From NCBI GenBank assembly GCA_964196305.1, contig CAXMSJ010000008.1, positions 2,495 through 66,494 of the forward strand: a stretch of DNA of 64,000 nucleotides, given 5' to 3'. Made by a program: the position numbers and the translations under genes. Source of the DNA: an uncultured Acidimicrobiia bacterium (GTDB lineage Bacteria > Actinomycetota > Aquicultoria > CAJVYJ01 > JAUVQD01). Below the pieces are notes generated by a model. That model saw only the letters and a program-made list of their open reading frames with translations. It ran no database searches and was not told the origin of the DNA. Below, piece after piece: positions 29,170 through 40,252 of the stretch; position 1 is the first letter of the stretch, and every line of letters begins with the position of its first letter.

Positions 29170-30245
29170 GCTGTTTCAGCCGTTTTGATGCGAGAAAATA
29201 TCATCTTGCCAGCTGAAGTCTGTAGCATTCTTGTGATCTTCAATTGGACCACCTCTCCGATCAAGTCGCTGCCGCCCTCGACCACAACCATTGTCCCATC
29301 CTCCAGATAGCCAACGCCCTGCCCTGCTTCCTTCCCCTCGTGGACCACTGTGATCCGCAATTCCTCCCCCGGTAAAACAATCGGCTTGACCGCGTTGGCC
29401 AAGGCGTTAATGTTCAGTACATCCACCCCTTCGACCCCAGCTACCTTGTTAAGATTATAGTCATTTGTGATCACGGCCGCTCCCATATCCTTAGCCATGC
29501 GCACCAACTTGGCATCGACCCCCACTAGATCAGGGTAGTCAGTCTCATCGATCTGCACTCGTGACTCAAGGGTCGCCCTTAGGTCATTGAGAAGATCGAG
29601 ACCCAGGCGCCCACGACCGCGCTTTTGCGCGTCGGCAGAGTCGGCTAATTGGTGTAACTCGTTGAGGACGAAGCGCGGAACAAGCATCAGTCCGTCAATA
29701 AAGCCGCTAGCCACGATATCTTTGATGCGACCATCTATCAATATGTTGGTATCGACCAAAAGAGTCCGCGCGAATTCAGCGCTACCGGAGTCGCCGGCTC
29801 TCTTCACCTTGAACAGGCGGGCGAACTCGGCGCTCCGCGCCAAGCCAAGCCTCACACCGAGTGAGATGAAAACCACATATGTAAAGATAATCGTGACCAG
29901 TTTGAGCTCGACCAGCTCAATCTGAGCCATGGGCATAGTGACTAGAAACGAAACAATGAGCCCGGCCACGAGCCCGGCCAGAGCCATGACTAGCTCAGGC
30001 AATGGGATAGTCTGTAGGGTGTCTTCCACCCAGGTCATTGTCTTGGTAAGCCGCCTACCGAGAATACCGCCGGAGACATATCCGATGCTGGAGCCGAGGA
30101 TCATGTAGAGGATGATTGCGAAAGTATTGTCGAAATCAGTTCCAGGCCATCCGAATCTTATCGCCAGACGATAGCCGCCGATAGCCGCCGCCAAGATCAA
30201 AGAGAACCTTGTCAGCTGTATAAGCATGGCGGTTCGATAAAGCAA
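29166..30245 (-). CDS. YacL-like membrane protein with PIN and TRAM domains
   Basis: N-terminal TM helices, a PIN domain (LLVDTNILIDGRI), and a C-terminal TRAM beta-barrel. Sits at the conserved position between disA and ispD. Confidence 0.75.
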   Translation of the reverse strand: MLYRTAMLIQLTRFSLILAAAIGGYRLAIRFGWPGTDFDNTFAIILYMILGSSIGYVSGGILGRRLTKTMTWVEDTLQTIPLPELVMALAGLVAGLIVSFLVTMPMAQIELVELKLVTIIFTYVVFISLGVRLGLARSAEFARLFKVKRAGDSGSAEFARTLLVDTNILIDGRIKDIVASGFIDGLMLVPRFVLNELHQLADSADAQKRGRGRLGLDLLNDLRATLESRVQIDETDYPDLVGVDAKLVRMAKDMGAAVITNDYNLNKVAGVEGVDVLNINALANAVKPIVLPGEELRITVVHEGKEAGQGVGYLEDGTMVVVEGGSDLIGEVVQLKITRMLQTSAGKMIFSRIKTAETA

Positions 30246-30350
30246 AAACTACTTCATCGATTCCTCCCTTCAAAATAGACTGCAGTGACAGTAAACATTC
30301 CGATCTATGATAGTTGTTTATTCGGCAGATTTGCCGGCAGAGTTAAGTGT

Positions 30351-31418
30351 TTAAACGTATCTTTCGAGCAGATTGTATTCGCGCAGGCGTTTTAACCCAT
30401 CCTGAATGGCCTGGGCCCGCACCGCTCCAACGCCATCGACCTCATCGAGTTCCTCAATAGAAGCGTTCGTCACCCCTTTTAAGCTACCGAACTGATCGAC
30501 TATCTTGTTGATGATCTTAATCGGTAGCCGCGGAATGCGGCGGAGAAGTCGGTAGCCGCGGGGGTGCACCGGCTGATCAAGGATGTTCATCGCCCCATCG
30601 TATCCTAAGAGAGCTGATATGCAGAGTGGATCAAGGAGGTCCTCCTGGCTAAAATCTGCCAGCCGACGCCTAATCCGATCAGCCTGTTTTGGCTTGGCGC
30701 CATAGTCTTTGATCGTCATCAACAGGTCGTCGCCGACAGCTCTGATCAACTCATCCGCTTGCATACGCAAGAGGCGCCCGTCAATCCCAAGCTCAGTGAT
30801 GAACCTATTTAGCTCGGAAGCGATCCGCTCGACCATTTCAGCTCGCTGCAACACGGTCAACACGTCACTTAGAGCCACCAAATCTTCAAACTCCAAGGCG
30901 CTCAAGCTGGCGGAAACCTGATCCAGACGACTCTTGTATTTTTCCAGCGTCTGCAGGGCCTGATTTCCTTTTGCTAAAACCACCGGGATATCCTCCAGCA
31001 CGTACTTGGTGTCTTCAAAGTAAACAGAGACAATCTCCCGTTTTTGGGAAATAGAGATAGCGACCGCCTCAGTCTGCCTTGCCACCCGCTCTGCCGTCCG
31101 GTGGCGGATGCCTGTTTCCGGCGTCGGCAGCGAATAGTCCGGAACCAGGTGTACGTTGGCCATCAAGACTCGCTTGGCCCCCTCGCCTAGCACTAGCGCC
31201 CCATCCATCTTAGCCAGCTCATATAAGCGAAACGGAGTCGCCTCGCTATCGATTGTAAATCCCCCGTTTGAGATACTCTTGATGTTTTCGACATCGCCAA
31301 TGATCAGCAACGCCCCGGTGCGTGCGCGCAAGATCTGCTCGATGGCTGAGCGAAGAGACGTCCCGGGTGCGACCCGGGCCAATACCTCCAGGAGCCTCTT
31401 GTCTTTCTCCTTCATCAC
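30351..31418 (-). CDS. disA: DNA integrity scanning protein DisA (diadenylate cyclase)
   Basis: 355 aa with a DAC domain N-terminus and a C-terminal HhH. Immediately downstream of radA. Confidence 0.9.
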   Translation of the reverse strand: MMKEKDKRLLEVLARVAPGTSLRSAIEQILRARTGALLIIGDVENIKSISNGGFTIDSEATPFRLYELAKMDGALVLGEGAKRVLMANVHLVPDYSLPTPETGIRHRTAERVARQTEAVAISISQKREIVSVYFEDTKYVLEDIPVVLAKGNQALQTLEKYKSRLDQVSASLSALEFEDLVALSDVLTVLQRAEMVERIASELNRFITELGIDGRLLRMQADELIRAVGDDLLMTIKDYGAKPKQADRIRRRLADFSQEDLLDPLCISALLGYDGAMNILDQPVHPRGYRLLRRIPRLPIKIINKIVDQFGSLKGVTNASIEELDEVDGVGAVRAQAIQDGLKRLREYNLLERYV

Positions 31419-31427
31419 GTTACTAAT

Positions 31428-32789
31428 TTAACGCGCGCTACGCACAACGGTCAAGACCTCGGCAATGTCCCGGACCGGCAGAAGCTCCAGCCCACCTGAA
31501 CGCGCTCCCAGCTCACCCTGCGGAATGATCGCCCGCTTGAAACCCAATTTTTCCGCTTCCTGGAGCCGATCGGAAAGGCGACTGACCGGCCTGATCTCCC
31601 CAGTCAACCCGATTTCACCGCAAGCACAGAGATCATTGCCGACTGGACGGTCTTCAACTGCCGACACAACGGCCAACGCCAAAGGCAAATCAAGCGCCGG
31701 CTCCCCGACCTTGATCCCCCCGACCACATTAATATAGACATCAGCATCAGCAAGCTTGATTCCCGCCCGCTTTTCCAGCACAGCCAGCGTGATCATGGCC
31801 CGATTATGATCAAGTCCAGTCGTCAAGCGTCTGGGCACGGTCAAGTATGACGGAGTCACCAGGGCTTGCAGCTCAACCAGGAGCGGCCGCGTGCCCTCGA
31901 TGACCGCTGCCACAGCTGAACCGCTGACAGGCTCTCGCCGCTCAGACAAGAATAGCTCCGACGGATTGTCCACCTCGGACAGACCATCGTCTCCCATCAT
32001 GAATACAGCGATCTCGCTACTGGAACCAAAACGATTCTTGACCGAACGCACCAATCGATAAGAATTATGGTCCCCGCCATCAAAATAGAGAACCGTATCA
32101 ACCATGTGCTCCAGAACGCGAGGACCGGCGATACTCCCTTCCTTGGTAACATGACCAACTAGAAGGATAGGGACACCGGTAGTCTTCCCCCAGCGCAACA
32201 GATGAGCAGCACACTCGCGAACTTGGCTAACGCTCCCAGGGGCCGAGGCGACGTCTGGATGAAAAAGAGTCTGGATCGAATCTACTATCAGGACATCTGG
32301 ATCCACCGCAGCCACCGCCGCATCTATCCGCTCCATCGAGATCTCAGCGAGGATTAATAATCGGTCAGAAAAATCTCCTAGGCGATCAGCTCGTAATTTA
32401 ACCTGCTGAGGAGACTCTTCCCCGGTCACAATCAGAACAGTCCGGCCGGAGGCAGCCAAACTCCCAGCTGCCTGAAGCGTCAGAGTTGATTTCCCCACAC
32501 CGGGCTCACCGCCGAGCAACACCAGCGAACCCGGGACCAACCCGCCCCCAAGAACTCGGTCGAGCTCGCCGATCCCGGTTGTCCACCGCTCGCCCGCGAC
32601 AGACTCTATCAGCGATATCGGCTTGGGTTTGTCAGATGAAAAAACCCACCGGGAGCTGCCAGTGGGTTCGCGGTGAGCTATTTCTTGCGAATATGTGTCA
32701 AATTCGCCGCACTCCGGACACCGCCCGATCCAGCGCGGCGCCGTCGCGCCGCAACTACCGCAGCACCAAAGAGCGGCTGTTTTTCTCAT
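31428..32789 (-). CDS. radA: DNA repair protein RadA (Sms)
   Basis: N-terminal zinc finger (CxxC...CPECG), RecA-like Walker A (GGEPGVGKST), and a Lon-like C-terminal domain. Confidence 0.9.
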   Translation of the reverse strand: MRKTAALWCCGSCGATAPRWIGRCPECGEFDTYSQEIAHREPTGSSRWVFSSDKPKPISLIESVAGERWTTGIGELDRVLGGGLVPGSLVLLGGEPGVGKSTLTLQAAGSLAASGRTVLIVTGEESPQQVKLRADRLGDFSDRLLILAEISMERIDAAVAAVDPDVLIVDSIQTLFHPDVASAPGSVSQVRECAAHLLRWGKTTGVPILLVGHVTKEGSIAGPRVLEHMVDTVLYFDGGDHNSYRLVRSVKNRFGSSSEIAVFMMGDDGLSEVDNPSELFLSERREPVSGSAVAAVIEGTRPLLVELQALVTPSYLTVPRRLTTGLDHNRAMITLAVLEKRAGIKLADADVYINVVGGIKVGEPALDLPLALAVVSAVEDRPVGNDLCACGEIGLTGEIRPVSRLSDRLQEAEKLGFKRAIIPQGELGARSGGLELLPVRDIAEVLTVVRSAR

Positions 32790-35260
32790 CAGCCGTCATG
32801 ACCGACCGAAGCTCCGACTTTGGTCTCTTTTCGTCGTTTAACGCTGAAAGTCAGTCGATTGTCTTTGGCCCCGATCTGGATCAGATCCCCGGCTTTGAAT
32901 TTTCCAGCCAGGATCCCCTCTGACAACGGGTCTTCAATCAAACGCTGGATGGCGCGACGCAGTGGACGAGCCCCGGAGGCCGGATCGTAACCCTCTTCGA
33001 CCAGAACTTTCTTAGCGGCTTCGCTCAAATCCACTCGGAGATCCTGCTCGCCCAACTGGGCTTCAAGACGCGCCACCATCAGTTCGATGATCTCCTTGAT
33101 CTCATCTTGAGTCAGTTCGTGAAAGACGATCACATCATCGATACGGTTAAGAAATTCCGGGCGAAAAGTCCGCTTGAGTTCGCCGACGACCTTGCTTTTC
33201 ATATCATCATAAGAGAGCTGCTCTGTGCCCGCCTTCGTAAAGCCCAAAGGCGTCCCCTTTTGAATATATCGCGCGCCCAGGTTCGAAGTCATGATCAAAA
33301 TCACGTTCTTGAAATCTACTGTCCGTCCTTGAGCATCTGTCAGCCGACCATCTTCCAGGATCTGCAGCAAAATGTTGAAGACATCATGATGCGCTTTTTC
33401 GATCTCATCCAGGAGAACCACACAGTACGAGCGACGACGGACGGCTTCCGTTAGCTGTCCACCCTCCTCGTAGCCGACGTACCCAGGCGGCGAGCCGATC
33501 AATCTGGAAACGGTATGCTTCTCCATGTATTCGGACATATCTATCTGGATCAAGGCTTGGTCGTCCCCGAAGAGAAACTCTGCCAGGGCCTTAGCCAATT
33601 CTGTCTTTCCAACGCCAGACGGGCCGAGAAATACAAATGAACCGGAAGGACGCTTGGGGTCTTTAAGGCCCGCCCTGGTCCGCCGGATCGCCTTGGAGAC
33701 GGCCTTCATCGCTTCTTCTTGACCGACAACCCGCTCATGCAGCTTCGCTTCCATCTGCAAAAGCCTCGCCGTCTCTTCTTCGGTCAGGCGAGTTACCGGG
33801 ATACCGGTCCAGGTCGAGACGATCTGCGCGATCTCCTCTTCGCCGACCTCTAGATCAGCCTGAGGCGCGATCTTCCAGGTCTCCTCCAGCTCACGAATCT
33901 CCTCGAGCAACTGCCGCTCCTGATCTCGATATTCGGCCGCCTTCTCAAACTCCTGGCCCTTGATGGCGCTCTCCTTTTGCTGGCGCAAACCGGTCAGCCG
34001 TCCCTCGGCCTCGCCGGAGTGTGGCGGGGTAGACATCCGTTGAATCCGCACCCGGGAAGCTGCCTCATCAACTAGGTCAATCGCTTTATCAGGCAGGAAA
34101 CGATCCGAGATGTACCGGTCTGCCAGATGGGCAGCCGCCTTTAACGCGTCGTCAGTTATAGCCACCTGGTGATGCGCTTCATAGCGCTCCCTCAGCCCCT
34201 CAAGGATGGCGACCGTTTCTTCAACTGTTGGTTCTCCAACGTTGATCTGCTGGAAGCGGCGCTCCAGCGCCGCGTCTTTCTCTACATGTTTTCGATATTC
34301 ATCCTGGGTAGTGGCGCCGATAGTCTGAAGCTCACCCCGGGCCAAGACAGGCTTAAGGATGCTGGCCGCGTCTATAGCACCTTCGGCGGCACCGGCTCCA
34401 ACCAGATTATGCATTTCATCAATAAAGAGGATGATGTCCTGACGGTCGGCGATCTCCTTCATCACTTTCTTCAATCGTTCCTCGAACTCACCGCGATACT
34501 TGGAGCCGGCAACTAGAGCACCGAGATCAAGAGTGTATATTTCCTTACCTCGAAGAGAGTCCGGTACCTGGTTTTCAGCTATTCGCTGCGCCAGCCCCTC
34601 GACAACCGCCGTCTTCCCCACGCCGGGCTCCCCGATGAGCACCGGATTGTTTTTTGTCCGGCGGGAGAGAATCTGCATAACCCGCTCGATCTCAATATCC
34701 CGCCCGACGACCGGGTCGAGTTTCTTCTCGCGAGCAAAAACCGTCAGGTTTCGACCGAACTCATCCAGCAGCGAGCCGCTGTACTGCTTACCGCCATACT
34801 CCCGCTCCCCAGTACGCGCGCCATGAGAACCGCTGAGTAGCTGAATCACTTGGTTCCGCACCTTCTCGAGATCGGCGCCCAGGCTGAGCAAGACACGTGC
34901 CGCCACGCCCTCACCCTCGCGAATCAGGCCGAGAAGAATGTGTTCAGTGCCGATATAGTTGTGACCCAACTGGAGTGCTTCACGCAGAGAGAGCTCTAAG
35001 ACTTTCTTGGCTCGCGGCGTGAACGGGATGTGTCCTACCTGAGTAGACACCCCTTTGCCGATAAGATCTTCGACCTGCAGCCGAACATCGATCAAATTGA
35101 TGCCCAGGTTGGTCAATGCCTTATAGGCCACCCCCTCTTCCTCGCGGATCAGGCCGAGAAGCAGGTGCTCTGTGCCGATATAGTTCTGGTTGAGCATGCG
35201 CGCTTCTTCTTGGGCATAAACAACGATGCGGCGCGCCTTTTCTGTAAACCGCTCAAACAT
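32789..35260 (-). CDS. clpC: ATP-dependent Clp protease ATP-binding subunit ClpC
   Basis: 823 aa with two Clp-N repeats, two AAA+ modules ([16 protein letters not shown]) and a UVR-like motif. Confidence 0.9.
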   Translation of the reverse strand: MFERFTEKARRIVVYAQEEARMLNQNYIGTEHLLLGLIREEEGVAYKALTNLGINLIDVRLQVEDLIGKGVSTQVGHIPFTPRAKKVLELSLREALQLGHNYIGTEHILLGLIREGEGVAARVLLSLGADLEKVRNQVIQLLSGSHGARTGEREYGGKQYSGSLLDEFGRNLTVFAREKKLDPVVGRDIEIERVMQILSRRTKNNPVLIGEPGVGKTAVVEGLAQRIAENQVPDSLRGKEIYTLDLGALVAGSKYRGEFEERLKKVMKEIADRQDIILFIDEMHNLVGAGAAEGAIDAASILKPVLARGELQTIGATTQDEYRKHVEKDAALERRFQQINVGEPTVEETVAILEGLRERYEAHHQVAITDDALKAAAHLADRYISDRFLPDKAIDLVDEAASRVRIQRMSTPPHSGEAEGRLTGLRQQKESAIKGQEFEKAAEYRDQERQLLEEIRELEETWKIAPQADLEVGEEEIAQIVSTWTGIPVTRLTEEETARLLQMEAKLHERVVGQEEAMKAVSKAIRRTRAGLKDPKRPSGSFVFLGPSGVGKTELAKALAEFLFGDDQALIQIDMSEYMEKHTVSRLIGSPPGYVGYEEGGQLTEAVRRRSYCVVLLDEIEKAHHDVFNILLQILEDGRLTDAQGRTVDFKNVILIMTSNLGARYIQKGTPLGFTKAGTEQLSYDDMKSKVVGELKRTFRPEFLNRIDDVIVFHELTQDEIKEIIELMVARLEAQLGEQDLRVDLSEAAKKVLVEEGYDPASGARPLRRAIQRLIEDPLSEGILAGKFKAGDLIQIGAKDNRLTFSVKRRKETKVGASVGHDG

Positions 35261-35370
35261 ATTTTCACTTCCTTTGCTGAGCTAAAACTAGTTTTATTTT
35301 ACCATTTTCAACTGTAATTAAGAATAGGGGCTTGCCGGGCAAGAGGGGAGAAACTAACTATTAGAGACGT

Positions 35371-36858
35371 TCAGCGGGACTCGGGGCGCATCTGTGGAAA
35401 CAAGATAACATCCCTGATGGAAGCGGCATCAGCCAGGATCATTACCAAGCGGTCAATCCCGATACCCAGTCCTCCGGTCGGCGGCAGGCCGATCTCCAGC
35501 GCCCTCAAGAAATCCTCGTCCAGCCACTGGGCCTCTACGTCCCCCGCCGTTCGCAGTTCCACCTGCTTCTCAAAACGCCGGCGCTGTTCGATCGGATCGG
35601 TCAGCTCGGAGAAAGCATTGGCGATCTCTCGCCCACAGACCATCAACTCAAAACGCTCGACCAGGTCCGGGTGGTCCGGATGAGATCGGGCCAAAGGGGT
35701 CACTTCTTTCGGATAGTCGAGAATAAACGTGGGCTGGATCAGCTTGCCTTCTACATGCTTCTCGAATATCTCGGTCATAACCTTGCCTTTGCCATCAGTC
35801 TTACCCACTGGCACTTCAGCCTGGTCGGCGAACTTCTTTAGCTCATCAAGGGACATTTCAAAAGACAGATCGAAACCGCCGATCTTCTTGAGTGATTCCA
35901 GAAAAGTCATCTTGGCCCACGGGCGGGCAAAGTCAAGTTCCTCACCCTGGTAGACAACAGTGCTACCTAACCCGACCCTCTCAGCCAGCGCCTTTATCAG
36001 GCCCTCCGTGAGTTCCATCATGTCGCGATAGTCTGCATAGGCCTGGTAAACCTCGAGCATGGTGAACTCCGGATTATGCTTGATAGAAATACCCTCATTG
36101 CGGAAATTACGGTTTATCTCGTAGACCCGGTCATACCCGCCAACCACCAACCGTTTCAAATAAAGCTCCGGGGCGACCCGCAAATAAAGGCTCATATCAA
36201 GCGCATTGTGGTGAGTGGTAAAAGGACGAGCCGTGGCCCCGCCGGGGATCGGCTGGAGCATCGGTGTCTCTACTTCTTGGAACTGCCGCTCATTAAGATA
36301 TTCGCGCACGCCGGACACAATGTCGATACGGCGATCGAAAACCTGCCTCACCTCTGGATTGACGAGCAGATCAAGATAGCGCTGACGGTACCGGAGTTCC
36401 ACGTCCTTTAAGCCGTGCCACTTTTCCGGCAGCGGTAATAGAGACTTGGTCAACAGCTTATATTCGCGCACTTCGACCGAGAGTTCCCCGCGGCGAGTCC
36501 TGAAGACCGGCCCGCCAACTCCAACGATGTCTCCGATGTCCAGCGAGAGGAACTCCTCGTAATCGTCTCCAAGATTATCGACAGTAAGATAGAGCTGAAA
36601 CGGAGCAGTGCCGTCATCAATGACAATGAAGCTGGCTTTTCCATGTTGGCGGATGGCCTTGATGCGCCCGGCCGCAGAGACAGTCTCTTCGCCATGCTCT
36701 CCGACTGCGACCTCAGCAAACTGCTCCGCCAGCTCGGTCAGGCGGTGGGTCCGGACAAAACGAGCTTGAAATGGATCAACCCCGCGAGCCCTCAGTTTTT
36801 CCAGGTGTTCTCGCCGCTGCCGAACTAGGTCGCTGGAAAGATCAGACTCATCGGTCAC
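35371..36858 (-). CDS. lysS: Lysyl-tRNA synthetase (class II)
   Basis: 495 aa with an OB anticodon-binding N-domain and class II motifs ([16 protein letters not shown]). Confidence 0.9.
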   Translation of the reverse strand: MTDESDLSSDLVRQRREHLEKLRARGVDPFQARFVRTHRLTELAEQFAEVAVGEHGEETVSAAGRIKAIRQHGKASFIVIDDGTAPFQLYLTVDNLGDDYEEFLSLDIGDIVGVGGPVFRTRRGELSVEVREYKLLTKSLLPLPEKWHGLKDVELRYRQRYLDLLVNPEVRQVFDRRIDIVSGVREYLNERQFQEVETPMLQPIPGGATARPFTTHHNALDMSLYLRVAPELYLKRLVVGGYDRVYEINRNFRNEGISIKHNPEFTMLEVYQAYADYRDMMELTEGLIKALAERVGLGSTVVYQGEELDFARPWAKMTFLESLKKIGGFDLSFEMSLDELKKFADQAEVPVGKTDGKGKVMTEIFEKHVEGKLIQPTFILDYPKEVTPLARSHPDHPDLVERFELMVCGREIANAFSELTDPIEQRRRFEKQVELRTAGDVEAQWLDEDFLRALEIGLPPTGGLGIGIDRLVMILADAASIRDVILFPQMRPESR

Positions 36859-37328
36859 TTTGAGATCTCAAGGATCTTATATGAGACCTTCCCCAACGGC
36901 GCATCGACTTTGACGGTCTTGCCGACGGGAAAACCAAGGATGGCTTTGCCGACTGGCGATTCATTGGATATCTTGTGGTTCTCCGGGTCGGCTTCGACTG
37001 AGCCGACCAGTCTGTAGTCGCACTCCTCGTTCTCTTCAACATCAAGGAGTTTCACGCAACATCCGATCGACACCTTGCTCGTGGAGACTTTCTTGTCGTC
37101 AATTAAGGTGGCCTTGGCGAGCATGTCTTTGAGTTGAATTATGCGCCCCTCGATAAAAGCCTGTTCGTTCTTGGCGTCATCATACTCGGAGTTCTCGGAT
37201 ATATCACCGAACTCAATGGCGCGCTTGAGCCGGACAGCCACCTCTCGCCTCCGTGTATGGGTCTGATGCTCAAGCTCCTCTAGAAGTTTGTCGTAGCCCT
37301 CTGCTGTAAGAATTACTTCTTTGCTCAC
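36855..37328 (-). CDS. greA: Transcription elongation factor GreA
   Basis: 157 aa with an N-terminal coiled coil ([13 protein letters not shown]) and an FKBP-like C-terminal domain. Confidence 0.9.
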   Translation of the reverse strand: MSKEVILTAEGYDKLLEELEHQTHTRRREVAVRLKRAIEFGDISENSEYDDAKNEQAFIEGRIIQLKDMLAKATLIDDKKVSTSKVSIGCCVKLLDVEENEECDYRLVGSVEADPENHKISNESPVGKAILGFPVGKTVKVDAPLGKVSYKILEISK

Positions 37329-37504
37329 TGGTAGGCACTCCCCAATCCCTTATTAAGCGCCAAGCACTGCCACGGCGCAGCAGCGCTTTCTCTTGTATAT
37401 CAGTCGGGAATTATAGCTGAACACGCTCTAAGTTGTCAAAGACGCTGGGGCTCCTCTCGTGGTTCATAGTGCAAAAAGACCAATTTACCTGCGAAACAGA
37501 CCAG

Positions 37505-37533
37505 TTGAGTAGCGAACGCCCGTATGTTAGATT
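37505..37533 (+). promoter_or_regulatory. Candidate promoter for the plus-strand four-gene operon (-35 TTGAGT, 17 nt spacer, -10 TAGATT)
   Basis: TTGAGT at 37505-37510 and TAGATT at 37528-37533. An AGGAG RBS lies 8 nt upstream of the TTG start at 37591. Confidence 0.35.
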
Positions 37534-37590
37534 CTAGTCAGTTTTTGGCCGCCGCGGCCGGTTCAGTCCGCTACCGCTCAGGAGAAGAAA

Positions 37591-38514
37591 TTGCGTCACG
37601 TCGTCAGCGTTAGTTTGGGGTCGTCCCAGAGAGATCACTCGGTTGACGTAACTCTTCTGGGTCAAGACTTCCGGATCGCCAGGGTCGGCGCCGACGGTTC
37701 TTTCGATCGGGCGATCGAGCTGCTCCAGGCCTACGACGGGCGAGTCGATGCCATCGGACTAGGCGGCATCGACATCTATGTCTATTCCGGAACCAGAAGA
37801 TATGAGCTGGTTGACGGCGCCAGATTACGAGATGTCGTCAAGGAAACGCCGGTGGTCGATGGCAGCGGCCTCAAAAACAGTGTTGAGCCGGCTGCGGTCC
37901 GGTGGCTGGCCGAGCAGCCCGGCTACGACTTGGCCAAGATGAAGGTCTTGATGGTCAGTGCCGTTGACCGATTTGGGATGGCTAAGGCGTTCAGCGATAG
38001 CGGCGCTCGAACTATGTTTGGCGACCTGATATTCGCTCTCGGCCTCAGGGTGCCGGTTTATTCAATGGAGAGGCTCTCCAAGCTGGCAGACGAACTTCTC
38101 CCAAGGATCGTCAAGACACCCTTCGACCAGCTCTATCCAATTGGCGCCGCTCAGGACAGCGAGCCTGATCCGCAATTCACGGAGTATTATGATGAGGCCG
38201 ACATCATCGCCGGCGATTTTCATTATATTCGACGATATATGCCCCTTGACCTGAGCGGTAAGACCATCTTGACCAACACGGTGACCGCGCAGGACGTCGA
38301 ATCACTGAGAGTTCGCAAAGTGCGCCACCTTATAACTACTACTCCTGAATATAGCGGTCGTTCGTTTGGCACCAATGTCCTGGAAGCGGTCTTCTTGGTC
38401 TTGCTCGATAAGGCGTGGGAGCAAACCACTGAAGAGGACTATTTGGGTCTGCTGCGCGAGCTGGACTATACGCCGGTCCTGCGCGACCTGACTGAGGGAG
38501 CAAATAAGAAATGA
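37591..38514 (+). CDS. Conserved hypothetical protein (307 aa), first gene of the aminotransferase/AAR-like operon
   Basis: TTG start with a good RBS. Likely soluble. No recognizable nucleotide-binding or catalytic signature by eye. ATGA overlap with the next gene. Confidence 0.5.
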   Translation: MRHVVSVSLGSSQRDHSVDVTLLGQDFRIARVGADGSFDRAIELLQAYDGRVDAIGLGGIDIYVYSGTRRYELVDGARLRDVVKETPVVDGSGLKNSVEPAAVRWLAEQPGYDLAKMKVLMVSAVDRFGMAKAFSDSGARTMFGDLIFALGLRVPVYSMERLSKLADELLPRIVKTPFDQLYPIGAAQDSEPDPQFTEYYDEADIIAGDFHYIRRYMPLDLSGKTILTNTVTAQDVESLRVRKVRHLITTTPEYSGRSFGTNVLEAVFLVLLDKAWEQTTEEDYLGLLRELDYTPVLRDLTEGANKK

Positions 38515-39761
38515 GCGACGACATATATCAGAAATACGTGGAGTATGTTAATCCCGGCCTTGCACGAGTTCTGAAGTTTGCCCGGCTCGACCGGGTCGAG
38601 ACCACGGCCAATGGCTCGACCATTGTTGACGCGAAGGGCCGGGAGTACATCGACTGCGCCGGCGGGTATGGTGTCTTCACGCTTGGCCATCGACACCCGG
38701 AGGTCATAGCGGCAGTCAAGACGCAGCTAGAGAAAATGCCCCTGGCTTCGAAGCTTTTTCTAAACGGTCCCCTGGCCGAGTTGGCCGAGTTGCTGGCTGA
38801 AGTGACCCCTGGCGACCTGCAGTACTCTTTCTTCGTAAATTCGGGCGCAGAGGCAGTTGAGAACGCCATCAAACTGGCCAGAATGGCCACTGGCCGGCAA
38901 AATATTATCTCTACTGAAGGCGCCTTCCACGGCAAGACCTTCGGGGCTCTATCAGCCAGCGGTCGGCCTTTATTTAAAGAGCAGTTCGAGCCTCTGGTGC
39001 CGGGATTCTCTCACGTCGCCTTCGGAGACAGCGTCGCCCTAGAACAGGCAGTCTCCGCGGAGACTGCAGCCGTCATCTTGGAGCCCATCCAAGGGGAGGG
39101 CGGAATTCAGCTGCCTCCACCAGGATATTTGCCCCGGGTGCGAGAAATATGCGATTTAGCTGGAGCCCTGTTGATCGCTGACGAGGTCCAGACTGGATTG
39201 GGTCGGACGGGTGTCTTCTTTGCGGTTGACAGAGAAGCAGTCGTACCCGACCTAATGACCCTCGGAAAGGCGCTGGGCGGCGGGGTTATGCCCATCGCCG
39301 CTGTAGTCGGGCGACCACACACCTGGGCTGAATTCAACAAAAATCCGCTTGTGCTAACCTCTACTTTTGGCGGCAATCCACTCGCCTGCGCGGCCGCTAT
39401 TGCGGCCGTCACAATCATCGCCCGTGACCGACTTTGGGAGAGAGCGGAAACCTCTGGTGAGAGGCTCAGGCGTGGCCTGGAACAGGTGGCCGCAGAGTTT
39501 CCAAGAGTAGTCGCTGACGTGCGTGGAGCCGGATTGCTTCTCGGGGTCGAACTGGCCCGTGAAGGCCTGGGCGGGGTCGTCGTTCCGGAGATGGCCAAGC
39601 ACGGAGTCGCCGTCGGCTATACCCTGAATATGCCAAAAGTAGTTAGGTTCGAACCGTCGTTGCTAATCAATGACGACCAGCTAGACCAACTTGTCGAGGC
39701 TTTTGCTGCAGCCGCGAAAGAAGCAAACCGCCTCTTCGACCAGATGTTCCCGGAAACCTAA
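38511..39761 (+). CDS. Class III PLP-dependent omega-aminotransferase, putrescine aminotransferase (PatA/YgjG)-like
   Basis: 416 aa. Long collinear identity stretches with E. coli PatA (VNPG..., IDCxGGxGxFxxGHRxPxVxxAVxxQLxKxPLxSxxxLxxxxAxLAxxLAxxTPGxLxYSFFxNSGxExVExAxKLA, ILEPIQGEGG...PPPGYL, DEVQTGxGRTG, LxKALGGGVMPI carrying the PLP lysine, TTFGGNPLACAA). Confidence 0.8.
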   Translation: MSDDIYQKYVEYVNPGLARVLKFARLDRVETTANGSTIVDAKGREYIDCAGGYGVFTLGHRHPEVIAAVKTQLEKMPLASKLFLNGPLAELAELLAEVTPGDLQYSFFVNSGAEAVENAIKLARMATGRQNIISTEGAFHGKTFGALSASGRPLFKEQFEPLVPGFSHVAFGDSVALEQAVSAETAAVILEPIQGEGGIQLPPPGYLPRVREICDLAGALLIADEVQTGLGRTGVFFAVDREAVVPDLMTLGKALGGGVMPIAAVVGRPHTWAEFNKNPLVLTSTFGGNPLACAAAIAAVTIIARDRLWERAETSGERLRRGLEQVAAEFPRVVADVRGAGLLLGVELAREGLGGVVVPEMAKHGVAVGYTLNMPKVVRFEPSLLINDDQLDQLVEAFAAAAKEANRLFDQMFPET

Positions 39762-39811
39762 GTGTTGATTGTCCGACTGTAGTAACTGTATCATTCATTT
39801 ACGGAGGAAAT

Positions 39812-40252
39812 ATGTCCTTAGTTGAATCACGAATCATAATAAACGGCGTCCCGCGCGATGTATACGAGCTGGCCAAGCAGATGGAAAAGTTCCCGGAGTT
39901 CATGTCTGATGTCGAAGCTGTCAAGGTCATCGAAAGCAGTAAGGGTCGCACTATTACGGAATGGACAACCTCAGTTGAGGGCATGCCTATCTGCTGGAAA
40001 GAAGAGGATGTCTTTGACGATGACGCCCACTCCATCACTTATCGTTTACTGGAAGGCGATTTAGAAAAGTTTGAAGGTGCCTGGACATTTGAGCCAAAGG
40101 ACGGGGGCACCGAAGTCGTCTTGACCGTGGATTTTGATTTCGGCATGCCGACCCTGGCTGACCTGCTTGGACCAATTCTCGAGGTCAAGGTTAAAGAGAA
40201 CTCTGAAATGATGTTAAACGGCATCAAAGACGAAATCGAAAGTACATCATGA
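39812..40252 (+). CDS. SRPBCC (START/Bet v1-like, polyketide_cyc2) small ligand-binding protein
   Basis: 146 aa with typical SRPBCC length and pattern. RBS GGAGGAAAT before the ATG. Confidence 0.7.
   Translation: MSLVESRIIINGVPRDVYELAKQMEKFPEFMSDVEAVKVIESSKGRTITEWTTSVEGMPICWKEEDVFDDDAHSITYRLLEGDLEKFEGAWTFEPKDGGTEVVLTVDFDFGMPTLADLLGPILEVKVKENSEMMLNGIKDEIESTS

Noticed and set aside
30171-30190. Perfect 10-nt tandem duplication gatagccgcc-gatagccgcc
   Set aside because: It lies inside the yacL-like coding region and is read through in frame (it encodes part of the first TM helix). There is only one repeat unit pair and no spacers, so it is not a CRISPR or VNTR array.
35290-35330. CtsR-like heptads (GTTGAAA-AT-GGTAAAA on the minus strand) upstream of clpC
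   Set aside because: They match the GGTCAAA-NAN-GGTCAAA consensus only 5/7 and 6/7 with a 2-nt rather than 3-nt spacer, and no ctsR gene is present at the locus. Too degenerate to call; noted only as something to test if a CtsR homolog exists elsewhere.
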